This document shows, piece after piece, positions 1 to 9,147 of a stretch of DNA of 33,331 nucleotides. Below the pieces are notes generated by a model. The model searched no databases and was not told where the DNA came from. It worked only from the letters and a program-made list of their open reading frames with translations. This DNA is from a bacterium (lineage in GTDB: Bacteria > UBA6262 > WVXT01): contig JBHIBS010000018.1 in assembly GCA_046759165.1 (NCBI GenBank), positions 1-33,331 on the forward strand, written 5' to 3'. Position numbers and translations under genes: made by a program. The stretch's first letter is position 1; each line of letters begins with the position of its first letter.

Positions 1-2
1 TT

Positions 3-25
3 GTAGGCACAAATTCAATTTGTGC
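3..25 (+). repeat. GTAG-footed REP-like hairpin
   Basis: GTAG followed by perfect palindrome GCACAAATT-C-AATTTGTGC. Confidence 0.7.
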
Positions 26-27
26 AA

Positions 28-165
28 TTTGTGAAAAAGTTTTGGAATTTTAACCAAAAAACGAGGACGACATATTCGCATAATGCGAGGGAATTCAGTC
101 GCTGGCAATGACAGGCGGTGCTCGAAAAGCAAAAAATTGTCAGCGAGTGAACCAAATCCTGAGCA
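28..165. repeat. Composite repeat: MITE-like left end plus G.A-rich foldback element (copy A)
   Basis: 28-70 resembles 1516-1559 and 20774-20818 (TTTGTGAA..TTGGAATTTTARCCAAAAAA..AGGACGA); 71-165 resembles the flanks of 20819-20979; stem 99-109/136-146. Confidence 0.75.
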
Positions 166-182
166 TATCTTCCGACACTAAC

Positions 183-1268
183 CTAGCCCTCACCATATTT
201 GTAATAGGCTGCACATGTCCCTTCGGAAGATACCATGCACGGTCCGTAGGGATGCTCAGGATTACAGATTCTCCTATATAATTTGCACTGTGTTGGCCTC
301 TTTACTCCCCTCAGCACCTCTCCACAAACACAATCTGGATTCTCTTTACTCTTCCTTGTTTTTGGTCGAAACTCTTTTTCCGCATCTAAGTCAGAAAATT
401 CCCTCTTCAACCTGAGACCGCTTTTAGGGATAATTCCCAGACCTCGCCACCTAACATCACTTACCTCAAACACTTCAGATATTAACTCTTGGGCAATCCT
501 GTTCCCTTCCGGCCGAACGGCGCGAAAATATTGAATCTCTACTGCGGCTCTCTTCTCTTTAATCTGCTTCAGTAACATATAGATAGAATGCAAAACGTCC
601 AGTGGTTCAAAACCAGTAATCACGCAGGGAATGCTATACTTGTGGGCTATAAATCTGTAAGCGTCACTCCCTATGGTAACACTCACATGCCCTGGGCAGA
701 TGAAACCATCTATCTTAACCTCTTTTGACTCCAATAGCGCTTCCATTGCTGGAGGGATGAGCTTGTGACTGGAGAAGATATAAAAGTTCTCAATTTTCTG
801 TTTTCGCGCATCGAGCAGAGAGGCAGCGATAAGGGGCGAGGTGGTCTCAAAACCAATGGCTAAAAAGATAACTTTCTTGGCAGGATTCTCCCTTACAATC
901 CTTAAACTTTCGTTGGGACTGTAAACCACTCTTATATCAGCACCGTTCCCTTTCTCTTTCTCGAGGCTGGAATCGGTCCCAGGAACTCTTACCATATCGC
1001 CAAAGGTAGTAATTATCACATCTCTATTCTTCGCTAAGGCAATCACTTTATCAATGTCTTCTTGAGATGTTACACAAACCGGGCAGCCAGGACCTGACAA
1101 GAGGTTTACATTCTTCGGGAGCATTCCCTTCAGTCCCTGCTTGAATATAACCATTGTATGAGTGCCACAAACTTCCATAAGGTTGACTTTAAAGGAGTCG
1201 AACTCCTTTATCTTCTTAACTATTCTTTGCGCTATACCCCTGTCTCTAAACTCATCAACAAACTTCAT
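183..1268 (-). CDS. hypD: Hydrogenase maturation protein HypD
   Basis: Motifs CGTH, GPGCPVC, GFETT, PGHVS, C-terminal GPCMVSSEGTCAAYY. Confidence 0.97.
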   Translation of the reverse strand: MKFVDEFRDRGIAQRIVKKIKEFDSFKVNLMEVCGTHTMVIFKQGLKGMLPKNVNLLSGPGCPVCVTSQEDIDKVIALAKNRDVIITTFGDMVRVPGTDSSLEKEKGNGADIRVVYSPNESLRIVRENPAKKVIFLAIGFETTSPLIAASLLDARKQKIENFYIFSSHKLIPPAMEALLESKEVKIDGFICPGHVSVTIGSDAYRFIAHKYSIPCVITGFEPLDVLHSIYMLLKQIKEKRAAVEIQYFRAVRPEGNRIAQELISEVFEVSDVRWRGLGIIPKSGLRLKREFSDLDAEKEFRPKTRKSKENPDCVCGEVLRGVKRPTQCKLYRRICNPEHPYGPCMVSSEGTCAAYYKYGEG

Positions 1269-1474
1269 GCTATCTCCCTCAACAGCCTTAGAGTCTCTTC
1301 TGCATCTTTCTCTTCAATCTTCTCAATAGCGAACCCGGCATGGATTAGAACGTATTCACCAACTCTCACCTTACTCACCATGCGTACATCGGCTTCCCTC
1401 TTCACTCCAGCCATATCCACCTGAGCCAAATTACCCTCTATTTTTAATATCCTTGCCGGAATAGCCAAACACAT
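1265..1474 (-). CDS. hypC: Hydrogenase maturation chaperone HypC
   Basis: N-terminal MCLAIP, VGEYVLIHAGFAI; 4-bp ATGA overlap with hypD. Confidence 0.97.
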   Translation of the reverse strand: MCLAIPARILKIEGNLAQVDMAGVKREADVRMVSKVRVGEYVLIHAGFAIEKIEEKDAEETLRLLREIA

Positions 1475-1504
1475 TTTCCACTCCTTCCTTCACTACTCCT
1501 ACAT

Positions 1505-1694
1505 TTAAAAGATAGTTTGTGAAAAGCTATTGGAATTTTTAGCCAAAAAAAAGAGGACGATTCATTCTCTTTCAAGCAAATCACTGTCTGACGACTCCGA
1601 TTCATCGGAGGAGGAGTTTTGATTTGCGCCTTGCAGAGTCTGAAGTTTTTTGGCGTTAAGAAATTCCTCAAGCGATGAACAAACTATCTTTTAA
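1505..1694. mobile_element. MITE with terminal inverted repeats and TTAA flanks
   Basis: TTAAAAGATAGTTTGT (1505-1520) is the exact reverse complement of ACAAACTATCTTTTAA (1679-1694); inner IRs 1532-1538/1661-1667, 1542-1550/1646-1654, 1576-1582/1621-1627; no credible coding capacity. Confidence 0.8.
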
Positions 1695-4041
1695 TTTTAT
1701 CTTTAACTATTTCATCAGCTACTATAGCCTGACCCAGAGAAATTCCTCCATCGTTAGGAGGTACTTTTCTTTGATAATAACATATGAATCCTTGCTCTGT
1801 CAACTTTCTGAGGGCAAGGCCCAAAAGTAATCTATTCTGAAAGACACCGCCCGAGAAGGCGACTCTACGAACGCCTATTCTTTCCTTGATTTTTAAGCTA
1901 ACATCTTTTATTATGTCGGCAATCGAATTGTGAAATTTGGCTGCGACAACTGATGTAGGGACACGCCTCTGTAAATCCGCAACAATCCCCTTTACAATCG
2001 AGCCCGGCTCAACGATGAATGTACCTTCCTTTTCTCTTATTTCATATCTATAATTTTGAGTTAGCAAATTCCCAGAAGAGGCGGATAGATCTTCAGCCAC
2101 ACTTTCCAGTTCCATCGCCGCCTGGCCTTCATAAGTATTAACATCACATATCCCCAGAAGAGAAGAAACCCCATCAAAAAATCTCCCCATACTTGAAGTT
2201 AAAGGAGAATTTATTTTCTTCTTTATCATTCCTAGAATAATTGGTACCTTCTTTTTCCATCTCTCTGTAAAATCTATACAGGGAATTCTCTGACCAAAAG
2301 CCTCTACCAGAAGGCTTACTGCCATTCTCCAGGGCTCTTCAACCGCTCTGTCTCCTCCAGGCAAGGGAAGATATTTTAATTGGCCGATTCTCCGGAAATC
2401 CCTGCAATCCGCTACCAAAAACTCTCCTCCCCAGACATTCCCATCCGGCCCATAACCAATTCCATCAAACGCCACGCCGATAACTTTCCCTCTCACTCCG
2501 TTTTCTACCAAACAGCTAACAATGTGTGCGTGATGGTGCTGAACTGGAATGCGCATAATTTTGGGCCTTCGACGTGTAATGTTCAGGGCGTATTGAGTAG
2601 AAAGATAATCTGGATGGAGGTCGTGGGCAATTATTTTTGGACTAATGCCAAATAGTTTCTCGAACCGCCCGACCATCTTTTCATAGTAATGTAGAGTTTT
2701 ATAATCTTTTAGATCGCCTATGTACTGACTAACAAATGCGTAGTTCTTTTTGGTTAGACAGAAGGTATTTTTTAATTCGGCACCACATGCCAGTATAGAT
2801 TCTACTGGAGAGTCCAATTCTACTGGGGAAGGAACATAGCTCCTCGCTCTACGGATGAGGATAGGGTCTCCTGAGAATATTTCCACAATGGAATCATCGC
2901 ATCTATTGTAGATATCCCGATTATGCATGAGGAAATAATCTGTAATATGGGAAAGGTTATCGATTGCCTCCTGGTTACTGACTTCGATTGGCTGGTCAGA
3001 GAGATTGCCACTGGTCATCACCAGAGCGGAAGGAGAAGAAGAGCTGCTATGAAACAATAAATCGTGTAACGGGGTATAAGGAAGCATTACTCCCAGACAG
3101 TTATTATTGGGAGCCACTAAATCAGAAATTCTTGAGTCCTTTCTCTTCTTAAGAATGATAATGGGCTTCTGCCAAGCCAAAAGCAACTCCTCTTCTTTTT
3201 GAGAGACTAAACAATATTTCTTCGCCGTTTCTATATCTGAAACCATAATAGCAAAGGGTTTGTATGGACGTCCTTTCCTTTTGCGAAGTGTCTTCACCGC
3301 AACACTATTCGTAGCATCACAGGCGAAATGGAACCCGCCCAGTCCTTTGATTGCCACAATATTCCCTTTTTTTAGAAGTTGAACGGTAGCCTCAAGCGCC
3401 TCTAACCCTTTAAGGTAATATTCGGAACGTGTTGTAGAGCCAACCGATTCCCTTCCAAATTTTCGACTTTTGACGAGTTTTATCTCTGGACCACACCTGG
3501 GGCAGGCATTGGGTTCTGCATGGTACCGTCTCCGGGATATATCCTTATACTCCTTCTGGCATATAGGGCACATGCGAAATTTCTTCATTGTGGTAAGAGG
3601 ACGGTCATAAGGCAAATCTTTAATTATAGTAAATCTGGGCCCACAATTCGTACAATTAATGAAGGGATACTTGTGCCTGCGGTCGGAATTGTCCTTTAGT
3701 TCTTTAAGGCACTTCTGGCAAAAGGCTATATCTGGGGAGATGAGTACTTCCTTTCGTTGGTGGGAAGCGCTTTCCTTGATAATGAAAGACCGAGAGCCTC
3801 GAGGAGTTTGATAGACTATCTTTTTCTCTTTTATCTGAGCTGGAGGAGGTTTCCGTATAGTAATCTCATCATAGAATTCCCTTAAATTTCTTTTATTACC
3901 TTCTACTTCAATAATCACTCCGACTGTGGTATTTTTCACCGAACCTTTAAGCCCGAATTCTTCAGCTAACCTGTGAACGAATGGACGAAAACCAACTCCT
4001 TGAACAACGCCCTTAACTGTTATCTTCGCTCTCGTTTCCAT
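1684..4041 (-). CDS. hypF: Carbamoyltransferase HypF
   Basis: Acylphosphatase GVVQGVGFRP, zinc fingers (CQKC, CTNC, CPIC, CPRC), KGLGGFH, QHHHAH, PPNDGGISLGQ. Confidence 0.98.
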   Translation of the reverse strand: METRAKITVKGVVQGVGFRPFVHRLAEEFGLKGSVKNTTVGVIIEVEGNKRNLREFYDEITIRKPPPAQIKEKKIVYQTPRGSRSFIIKESASHQRKEVLISPDIAFCQKCLKELKDNSDRRHKYPFINCTNCGPRFTIIKDLPYDRPLTTMKKFRMCPICQKEYKDISRRRYHAEPNACPRCGPEIKLVKSRKFGRESVGSTTRSEYYLKGLEALEATVQLLKKGNIVAIKGLGGFHFACDATNSVAVKTLRKRKGRPYKPFAIMVSDIETAKKYCLVSQKEEELLLAWQKPIIILKKRKDSRISDLVAPNNNCLGVMLPYTPLHDLLFHSSSSSPSALVMTSGNLSDQPIEVSNQEAIDNLSHITDYFLMHNRDIYNRCDDSIVEIFSGDPILIRRARSYVPSPVELDSPVESILACGAELKNTFCLTKKNYAFVSQYIGDLKDYKTLHYYEKMVGRFEKLFGISPKIIAHDLHPDYLSTQYALNITRRRPKIMRIPVQHHHAHIVSCLVENGVRGKVIGVAFDGIGYGPDGNVWGGEFLVADCRDFRRIGQLKYLPLPGGDRAVEEPWRMAVSLLVEAFGQRIPCIDFTERWKKKVPIILGMIKKKINSPLTSSMGRFFDGVSSLLGICDVNTYEGQAAMELESVAEDLSASSGNLLTQNYRYEIREKEGTFIVEPGSIVKGIVADLQRRVPTSVVAAKFHNSIADIIKDVSLKIKERIGVRRVAFSGGVFQNRLLLGLALRKLTEQGFICYYQRKVPPNDGGISLGQAIVADEIVKDKIKR

Positions 4042-4085
4042 AATTTATCTCTTCCATACTCAGTTACCGATTGGACAAATGTAGA

Positions 4086-4243
4086 AAATGTAAAGGAGAC
4101 CTTTTAAGGTCTCCAGTTTTTGCAATTACAGGATTAGACAAAGAAAAAAACCAAGTTTCCTGCTAATAATAAAAAGCCCTCTATAGCACGTGAAGCAATT
4201 CTTCAAATGACTCCTAATCGAGCAATGGGAACTCCTGTCTTTA
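4086..4243 (-). ncRNA. Putative structured leader RNA / sRNA (unassigned family)
   Basis: Lies between a sigma70-like promoter and a terminator; several helices with G-U pairs only on the minus strand; no family recognised. Confidence 0.4.
4095..4114 (-). terminator. Intrinsic terminator-like hairpin upstream of hypF
   Basis: Perfect IR GGAGACCTT-TT-AAGGTCTCC; followed by TTTACATTTT on minus and AGTTTTT on plus (may be bidirectional). Confidence 0.7.
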
Positions 4244-4248
4244 AAAAA

Positions 4249-4277
4249 ATCTTATCATATTCGGGGGCTAAAATCAA
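4249..4277 (-). promoter_or_regulatory. Sigma70-type promoter
   Basis: TTGATT-N17-TAAGAT with extended -10 TGn. Confidence 0.55.
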
Positions 4278-4402
4278 GAATAATAAGGTTTACTTCCGTC
4301 TGGATATAAGGAGCATTTATCTCATTCGGAAGGGGTGAAAAAGGATTGGCTTCTATTATGGGACGGATCGGACCCTGGGCTAAGATTTCATATCCGGACA
4401 CC

Positions 4403-5044
4403 TCAATAGAGGATTTTTCCACCATCTAAGAGGTAAATTTCATCGGTAAGCATTTTTAAAAGATTCATATCATGGGAAGCTATTATGAAGGAGTGGCCGT
4501 TATATCTGAGATAATCAAGTACCTTGGTGGTAGAACGCTGGTCCAATCCCGCAGTGGGTTCGTCCAAGAGAAGTATCTCCGGGTTCATAGCGAGCACTGT
4601 CGCCAGAGAGACAAGCCGTTTCTCTCCCCAGGATAGTCTGTAGGAGACCCTCTCTATATATTTTTCCAGACCCAACAATTCGGATGTTCTTCTAACTATT
4701 TCTCTGGTTTCTTGATGTGATTTACCAAGGTTTAGCGGTCCAAAAGCGATGTCCTCAGCTACAGTTGGACAGAATAGCTGGTGGTCAGGATTTTGGAAAA
4801 GAAAACCTATTTTTCTCCTTACTTCTTCAAAATCCTTTTCTGTTTCGCGCACCTTGTTAAAGATTTCAATTTCACCTGCCTGCGGTTTTAATAATCCCAT
4901 CATAAGATAAAAAAGCGTTGTCTTACCCGAACCATTTGGTCCCACAATACCTACCTTTTGTTTCTGCCCATATTGGAAATCAAGGTCGTTAAACACCAAC
5001 TGATCTTCGAGATAAGCAAATTTAAGTTTTTTTATCCTTATCAT
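4403..5044 (-). CDS. nikO: ECF-type Ni/Co transporter ATPase (NikO/CbiO)
   Basis: Walker A GPNGSGKTT, FQNPDHQLF, LSWGEKR, LLLDEPT; ATG 5044 overlaps the nikQ stop. Confidence 0.9.
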   Translation of the reverse strand: MIRIKKLKFAYLEDQLVFNDLDFQYGQKQKVGIVGPNGSGKTTLFYLMMGLLKPQAGEIEIFNKVRETEKDFEEVRRKIGFLFQNPDHQLFCPTVAEDIAFGPLNLGKSHQETREIVRRTSELLGLEKYIERVSYRLSWGEKRLVSLATVLAMNPEILLLDEPTAGLDQRSTTKVLDYLRYNGHSFIIASHDMNLLKMLTDEIYLLDGGKILY

Positions 5045-5814
5045 GGCACCCCCCAAAAATAGTTACCCATTTCAACTGTCAGCAGGCCTCCCGCAACAAA
5101 AATCATAAAAATAAAGAAAATAAGATCTTTTCTGGTTAAACCAGTGAAATGGTCAAGTAGAGGAAACCTTCCTTTAAACCCTCGACAAAGCATAGCCTGA
5201 TATATCTTCTGAGAATGTTCATAACTTCTTATCACCAGCATACCTATGAGATACGCATAGCTACGATAAGTACGGACATTGGTGGTCGGCTTAAATGCCC
5301 TCACCTTCATCGCATTGTATAACGCAGAATAATCTTCATGTAAAACACTTATGTAGCGATAACAGAAAAAGAAGAGATTTACAAGTTTCTCGGGAACCCT
5401 TAGATGCCTGAGAGCATGCACAAGCCGAAAAATAGGTATGGTACCAATGAGGGCTACGGTGGAAAGCACAATGGCATTTGCTTTAAGTGTGATAGAGAGT
5501 GCGTAAGAAATCCCTTCAGAAGTTGCCGTCAAAGGACCGACGGTAAAGATACCTTCACCTTTAACACTAAAAGGTAATATGAACCAGAGAAAAAGGATGA
5601 AGAGGTTCACTGTTAATAATCGGCTTGACACCGCTTTTAGATTAAGTCGGGAAAATAAAACCAGATTCACGCCCACCATCAGGGCAATAAGAGGCGGGGT
5701 TAATCCCTTGGCTATCGCCACTACCACGATAAAAGGGAAAAGACCTAACAGTTTTATTCTTGGGTCTAAAGAATGGATTAGAGATTTCCCTTCGGCAAAC
5801 TCTTCAAGGTGCAT
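5041..5814 (-). CDS. nikQ: ECF-type Ni/Co transporter T component (NikQ/CbiQ)
   Basis: LDPRIK, YRYI, AMKVRAF and AMLCRGF motifs; hydrophobic. Confidence 0.9.
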   Translation of the reverse strand: MHLEEFAEGKSLIHSLDPRIKLLGLFPFIVVVAIAKGLTPPLIALMVGVNLVLFSRLNLKAVSSRLLTVNLFILFLWFILPFSVKGEGIFTVGPLTATSEGISYALSITLKANAIVLSTVALIGTIPIFRLVHALRHLRVPEKLVNLFFFCYRYISVLHEDYSALYNAMKVRAFKPTTNVRTYRSYAYLIGMLVIRSYEHSQKIYQAMLCRGFKGRFPLLDHFTGLTRKDLIFFIFMIFVAGGLLTVEMGNYFWGVP

Positions 5815-5835
5815 AAGGCTGTTCCTCCGGAATTC

Positions 5836-6447
5836 TCAATGCTTCGATTTATACCTAAAATAAATTCCTATGCCCATAAGTCCGAGTATATAGCCTATAC
5901 CACCCAAGATCTCTTGTATAGAGGGTTTCTGCATTTGTTCTTCTATTTTCATAAGTTTCCTCATCAAAGGAGCGGTCTTCTTTTCTACCACCTGGTCAAG
6001 AAGGGCTTCTAACTGGTAACTATCAATTTGACTCAGGCCCTTACCAAACGCCTGCTTCTTCTCTTTTTCTCCTATACCTTCAGCAGGTAATTTGCCAGAT
6101 GCCTTTAGCATACCAAGGGCATCTCTCACCTCATCTTCCGAGAGGAAGTATTCGTTCTTATGCCCCATACTAGCAGTCAACACGATGCGGAGAGCAGTGG
6201 CTTGAGTTATTTTGAAGGAAAATTCACCGTTCTTGTCAGTTTTACCTGTGAGGAAGAGTTTATTATTCTTCGCATCAAAGACCTCCACCGTTGAATTCAT
6301 TGCCTTTCTGCCGTCACTGAAATAACTTTCCGTGTAGACCATGCCATTCTCGGCATAAGCAAACAGATTTACCTTATGGGCCAGAATAGCGCTGGGAAGA
6401 AGTATCAAAAGAACTAACCCAATTAAGATACTTTTCATTGTAACCAT
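5836..6447 (-). CDS. Nickel transporter accessory component NikL/CbiL-like
   Basis: Signal peptide then AHKVNLFA, YFSDG, TDKNGEFSF, MGH, C-terminal TM GGIGYILGLMG; position between nikM and nikQ. Confidence 0.75.
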   Translation of the reverse strand: MVTMKSILIGLVLLILLPSAILAHKVNLFAYAENGMVYTESYFSDGRKAMNSTVEVFDAKNNKLFLTGKTDKNGEFSFKITQATALRIVLTASMGHKNEYFLSEDEVRDALGMLKASGKLPAEGIGEKEKKQAFGKGLSQIDSYQLEALLDQVVEKKTAPLMRKLMKIEEQMQKPSIQEILGGIGYILGLMGIGIYFRYKSKH

Positions 6448-6481
6448 AACTATTCCTCCTGTTTATTCCTTCACACAGGAT

Positions 6482-7093
6482 TCAGATTTTTACCGCCCTG
6501 GTTAAAAGTTCCGGTCTTACTTTACTTAAAGAAACAACTGCCGTAGTGGTTATCACCCCCTCTATAATCATAATCGGGATGTGAGCGATTACTATAAGTT
6601 TTGCTGCTGGCAAAAATGCCTCTCCTGTAGTTACCAGACTTAGAGCCACCAGGAGAGCACCTCCCAGAATACCGGTTACCCCACACAGAAAGCCAGAAAA
6701 CATAAGCATGTAGCGGTTATGGCTCCTGTTAAAGACCCTGAAAAGATAAAAACTCACCACTGCTGGAAACGCCATATTGAAGGTATTAACACCCAGAGAG
6801 GTGAGTCCACCGAACTGGAAAAGGAGGGCCTGCAGGGTAAGTCCAACAAGAATTGCGGGAAAGGCTGGCCAACCAAGCAGTAAACCCATAAGACCATTCA
6901 AAACTAGGTGGACGCTTGAGGGACCAACAGGAATATGGATGAGCGAAGCCACAAAAAAAGCGGAAGTCAAAACCGCCACCTCAGGAATTTTTTCATAATC
7001 CATCTTTTTGAGCCCCAGAGAAACACCACCAGCAGTAAGTATCACGCCCATTGCCAGAACGGGGGCCGAAAGCACACCCTCTGAAATATGCAT
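6482..7093 (-). CDS. nikM: Ni/Co ECF substrate-binding component NikM/CbiM
   Basis: N-terminal MHISEG metal-binding motif, SSVHL, GGLTSLGVN, IEGVIT. Confidence 0.92.
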   Translation of the reverse strand: MHISEGVLSAPVLAMGVILTAGGVSLGLKKMDYEKIPEVAVLTSAFFVASLIHIPVGPSSVHLVLNGLMGLLLGWPAFPAILVGLTLQALLFQFGGLTSLGVNTFNMAFPAVVSFYLFRVFNRSHNRYMLMFSGFLCGVTGILGGALLVALSLVTTGEAFLPAAKLIVIAHIPIMIIEGVITTTAVVSLSKVRPELLTRAVKI

Positions 7094-7139
7094 GGATCCT
7101 CCCTTTCATTATAATTGGGCCCTAAAAGAACCTGTATTC

Positions 7140-7925
7140 TTATCTCATGTCATGTGTTTTAATCCAAAGCACGGCACCTATTTCGACCGATTTATCCTCT
7201 CCCTTGTACTTCATCTTCTTTTCTGCTTCATTGAGAGCGGCGAACCCCCACCAGCCAGCTCTGGGCATAGCGTAGGTAAACACACCGTTCTGGTCGGCTT
7301 TTATGACCTGTGTAATCATCGGGTCAGCAGGCCATTTAACCTTTCCGTCCCGATTGTAATACTCAACTTCTACCTCTGTATAAGGCGCGGGTTTCCCGTT
7401 AACCTTTACAATCCCCTGAAAAACATTGCCAGTCCAGAGTCCATAAGGTCTAGTTAAAGGAACGATTTCTGTTTTTAGGCCAACCTCTTGATCCCAGCCC
7501 TCCTCCAGGCCAAGTGAATTTACAATCACTTTGGTATAGTGAACAATAAAACAATCTTCTGCCGGTTCCCAGTATGGCTTGGGTTCCACATAAAATATGT
7601 GGTCTCCTGGACGCCTCATTTTATAACTGGTTTCCCAAGTAGAAAAGCCCTTTACTTTTTTCTCCTTAAGGGTTTTCAACAAATTCTGCTTCTTACCAAT
7701 AACCATCACGCCGAACTGAACTGGTTTTTCCAGGTTCATGTAATCGCCTTCCATCGGATGCATAAACATAACTTTCAGCCTAACATTTCTATTATCCGTT
7801 TTGGTAACCATATCATCAGATGGAATTATCACCCCAAAATGTGCCCTGACTATACTGAAGTTACCCAGCAAAAACACCGTTGTAAAAATCAGGTTCCTCA
7901 GTAGCATTATTTTTCTTTTTTTCAT
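7140..7925 (-). CDS. Periplasmic NikK-like (DUF4198) nickel uptake protein
   Basis: Signal peptide then [45 protein letters not shown] before ATG 7925. Confidence 0.8.
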   Translation of the reverse strand: MKKRKIMLLRNLIFTTVFLLGNFSIVRAHFGVIIPSDDMVTKTDNRNVRLKVMFMHPMEGDYMNLEKPVQFGVMVIGKKQNLLKTLKEKKVKGFSTWETSYKMRRPGDHIFYVEPKPYWEPAEDCFIVHYTKVIVNSLGLEEGWDQEVGLKTEIVPLTRPYGLWTGNVFQGIVKVNGKPAPYTEVEVEYYNRDGKVKWPADPMITQVIKADQNGVFTYAMPRAGWWGFAALNEAEKKMKYKGEDKSVEIGAVLWIKTHDMR

Positions 7926-8021
7926 CACTATTATACCTCCTTCCTTAAATCCACGCAAGATTTAATTTTTGGTAACGAGAATTGGCTATCTCTCGTTTTT
8001 CCTAACGCCCTGAAGAAAGTC

Positions 8022-8987
8022 TTAGAAGCTCATTACCACCTGCATAGAAAAGAGATTATCGTTGACACTTGGTGTCTCATTATTTATCTGGTATTCACTC
8101 CTTAGGGAAATATTTTCTGCCAAGTCATATCCCAACCCTATAGTAATCTTGGTTACCCTATCACCTCCTTTCGGTTTCCAATACCCGTAGCGAGCCACTC
8201 CGTAAACATTTTGTGTTGCGTCACCCAGCACCTGCAGGTAAAAGCCTTCATGCTCATTTTCACCGCCACCAAGAATCTCTTCCTTTCCTCTGACAAATTC
8301 TCCTTTGATGTGGACCGGCTCATAGGTAAACTGGATATCCCCTCCTGTCCGGCAAAGGTCCTGTTTTGCGCTCCCGTCCAAATAAGGACCGCGAAGATAG
8401 GAAAAACCAAGCTCAAGATCTTTTATGGGCAAGATGCCAATTCGCCCTCCCACAGTTTTAGCACTGTTGTTATCTTCCAATTGATTTACTGGAGCACCGC
8501 TTCCATCCTGCCCCATCCCGTTTACAATATAGAGGTTGTAATTTAGCAGGGGGAGCGCGCCATGAAAATTTACTCCTATATCATCCCAGCCCCCATCCAT
8601 CATCAAATCGGTAATGAGCGGCACGGTTACCAATTTCCTATCCGGAGTGGCAAAGACTTTATAGTCTAGACCAAAAGGCATATCAATCAGTCCTGCCTGC
8701 AAACCAAGTTTCTCATCGATCAAATTAAAGTCCACCAGCGTCTGACCGAGACCCACTTCTTCCCCTTCCACATCAACTGCTCCCTGAAAAGATACTTTTG
8801 CAGAAAATTCAGAGACAAAGTCAATCTCGTACGTGCCCATCCCAAAAGTTACGTTTTTCCCCTGCTGATTTTGATAAAGAAAATCAACGAAACCAGAAAC
8901 CTCCAAACCCGCAAAAGCCGATGCTGTGCCTACCCACAAAACCAAAAACAAAACAACAAAAATCTTTTTTGTCTCCCTCATATTCAC
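8022..8987 (-). CDS. Putative outer-membrane beta-barrel porin
   Basis: Signal peptide (ASA-FA), alternating amphipathic strands, EDNNSAKTVGGR, C-terminal Phe. Confidence 0.75.
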   Translation of the reverse strand: MNMRETKKIFVVLFLVLWVGTASAFAGLEVSGFVDFLYQNQQGKNVTFGMGTYEIDFVSEFSAKVSFQGAVDVEGEEVGLGQTLVDFNLIDEKLGLQAGLIDMPFGLDYKVFATPDRKLVTVPLITDLMMDGGWDDIGVNFHGALPLLNYNLYIVNGMGQDGSGAPVNQLEDNNSAKTVGGRIGILPIKDLELGFSYLRGPYLDGSAKQDLCRTGGDIQFTYEPVHIKGEFVRGKEEILGGGENEHEGFYLQVLGDATQNVYGVARYGYWKPKGGDRVTKITIGLGYDLAENISLRSEYQINNETPSVNDNLFSMQVVMSF

Positions 8988-9117
8988 CTCCTCATTTATA
9001 GTATGCCAAAATTTACTAACCCTTCACCTTCCAACAAAACTCTCTTCTGGTTTCTCTAGCCTTTTCTACCAACACCACCTCCTTTCCACCTCGGTTATTA
9101 ATACATTTTTTAAAATC

Positions 9118-9145
9118 GTGTTACAAACAGGCAAAAAAATAATAC
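9118..9145. promoter_or_regulatory. Candidate second NikR operator upstream of porin-nik genes
   Basis: GTGTTA-N16-TAATAC imperfect palindrome directly after the nikR stop. Confidence 0.4.
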
Positions 9146-9147
9146 TA

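Noticed and set aside
1444-1671. 75-aa minus-strand ORF between hypF and hypC
   Set aside because: Lies across the MITE and overlaps the hypC start; no recognisable protein features
3421-3480. Possible repeat remnant (GTAGAGCCAACC) in a hypF linker, and heptamer-like run at 15892-15919 in the NuoL-like gene
   Set aside because: No complete palindrome or second copy; compatible with ordinary variable loops
4206-4236. Fluoride riboswitch-like words (AATGACTCCTA, GCAATGG) on the plus strand
   Set aside because: Elements are in the wrong order and there is no downstream plus-strand gene
4110-4243. 6S RNA, SRP RNA or NiCo riboswitch identity for the hypF leader
   Set aside because: Short for 6S, and conserved motifs of these families were not recognised by eye; cmscan needed
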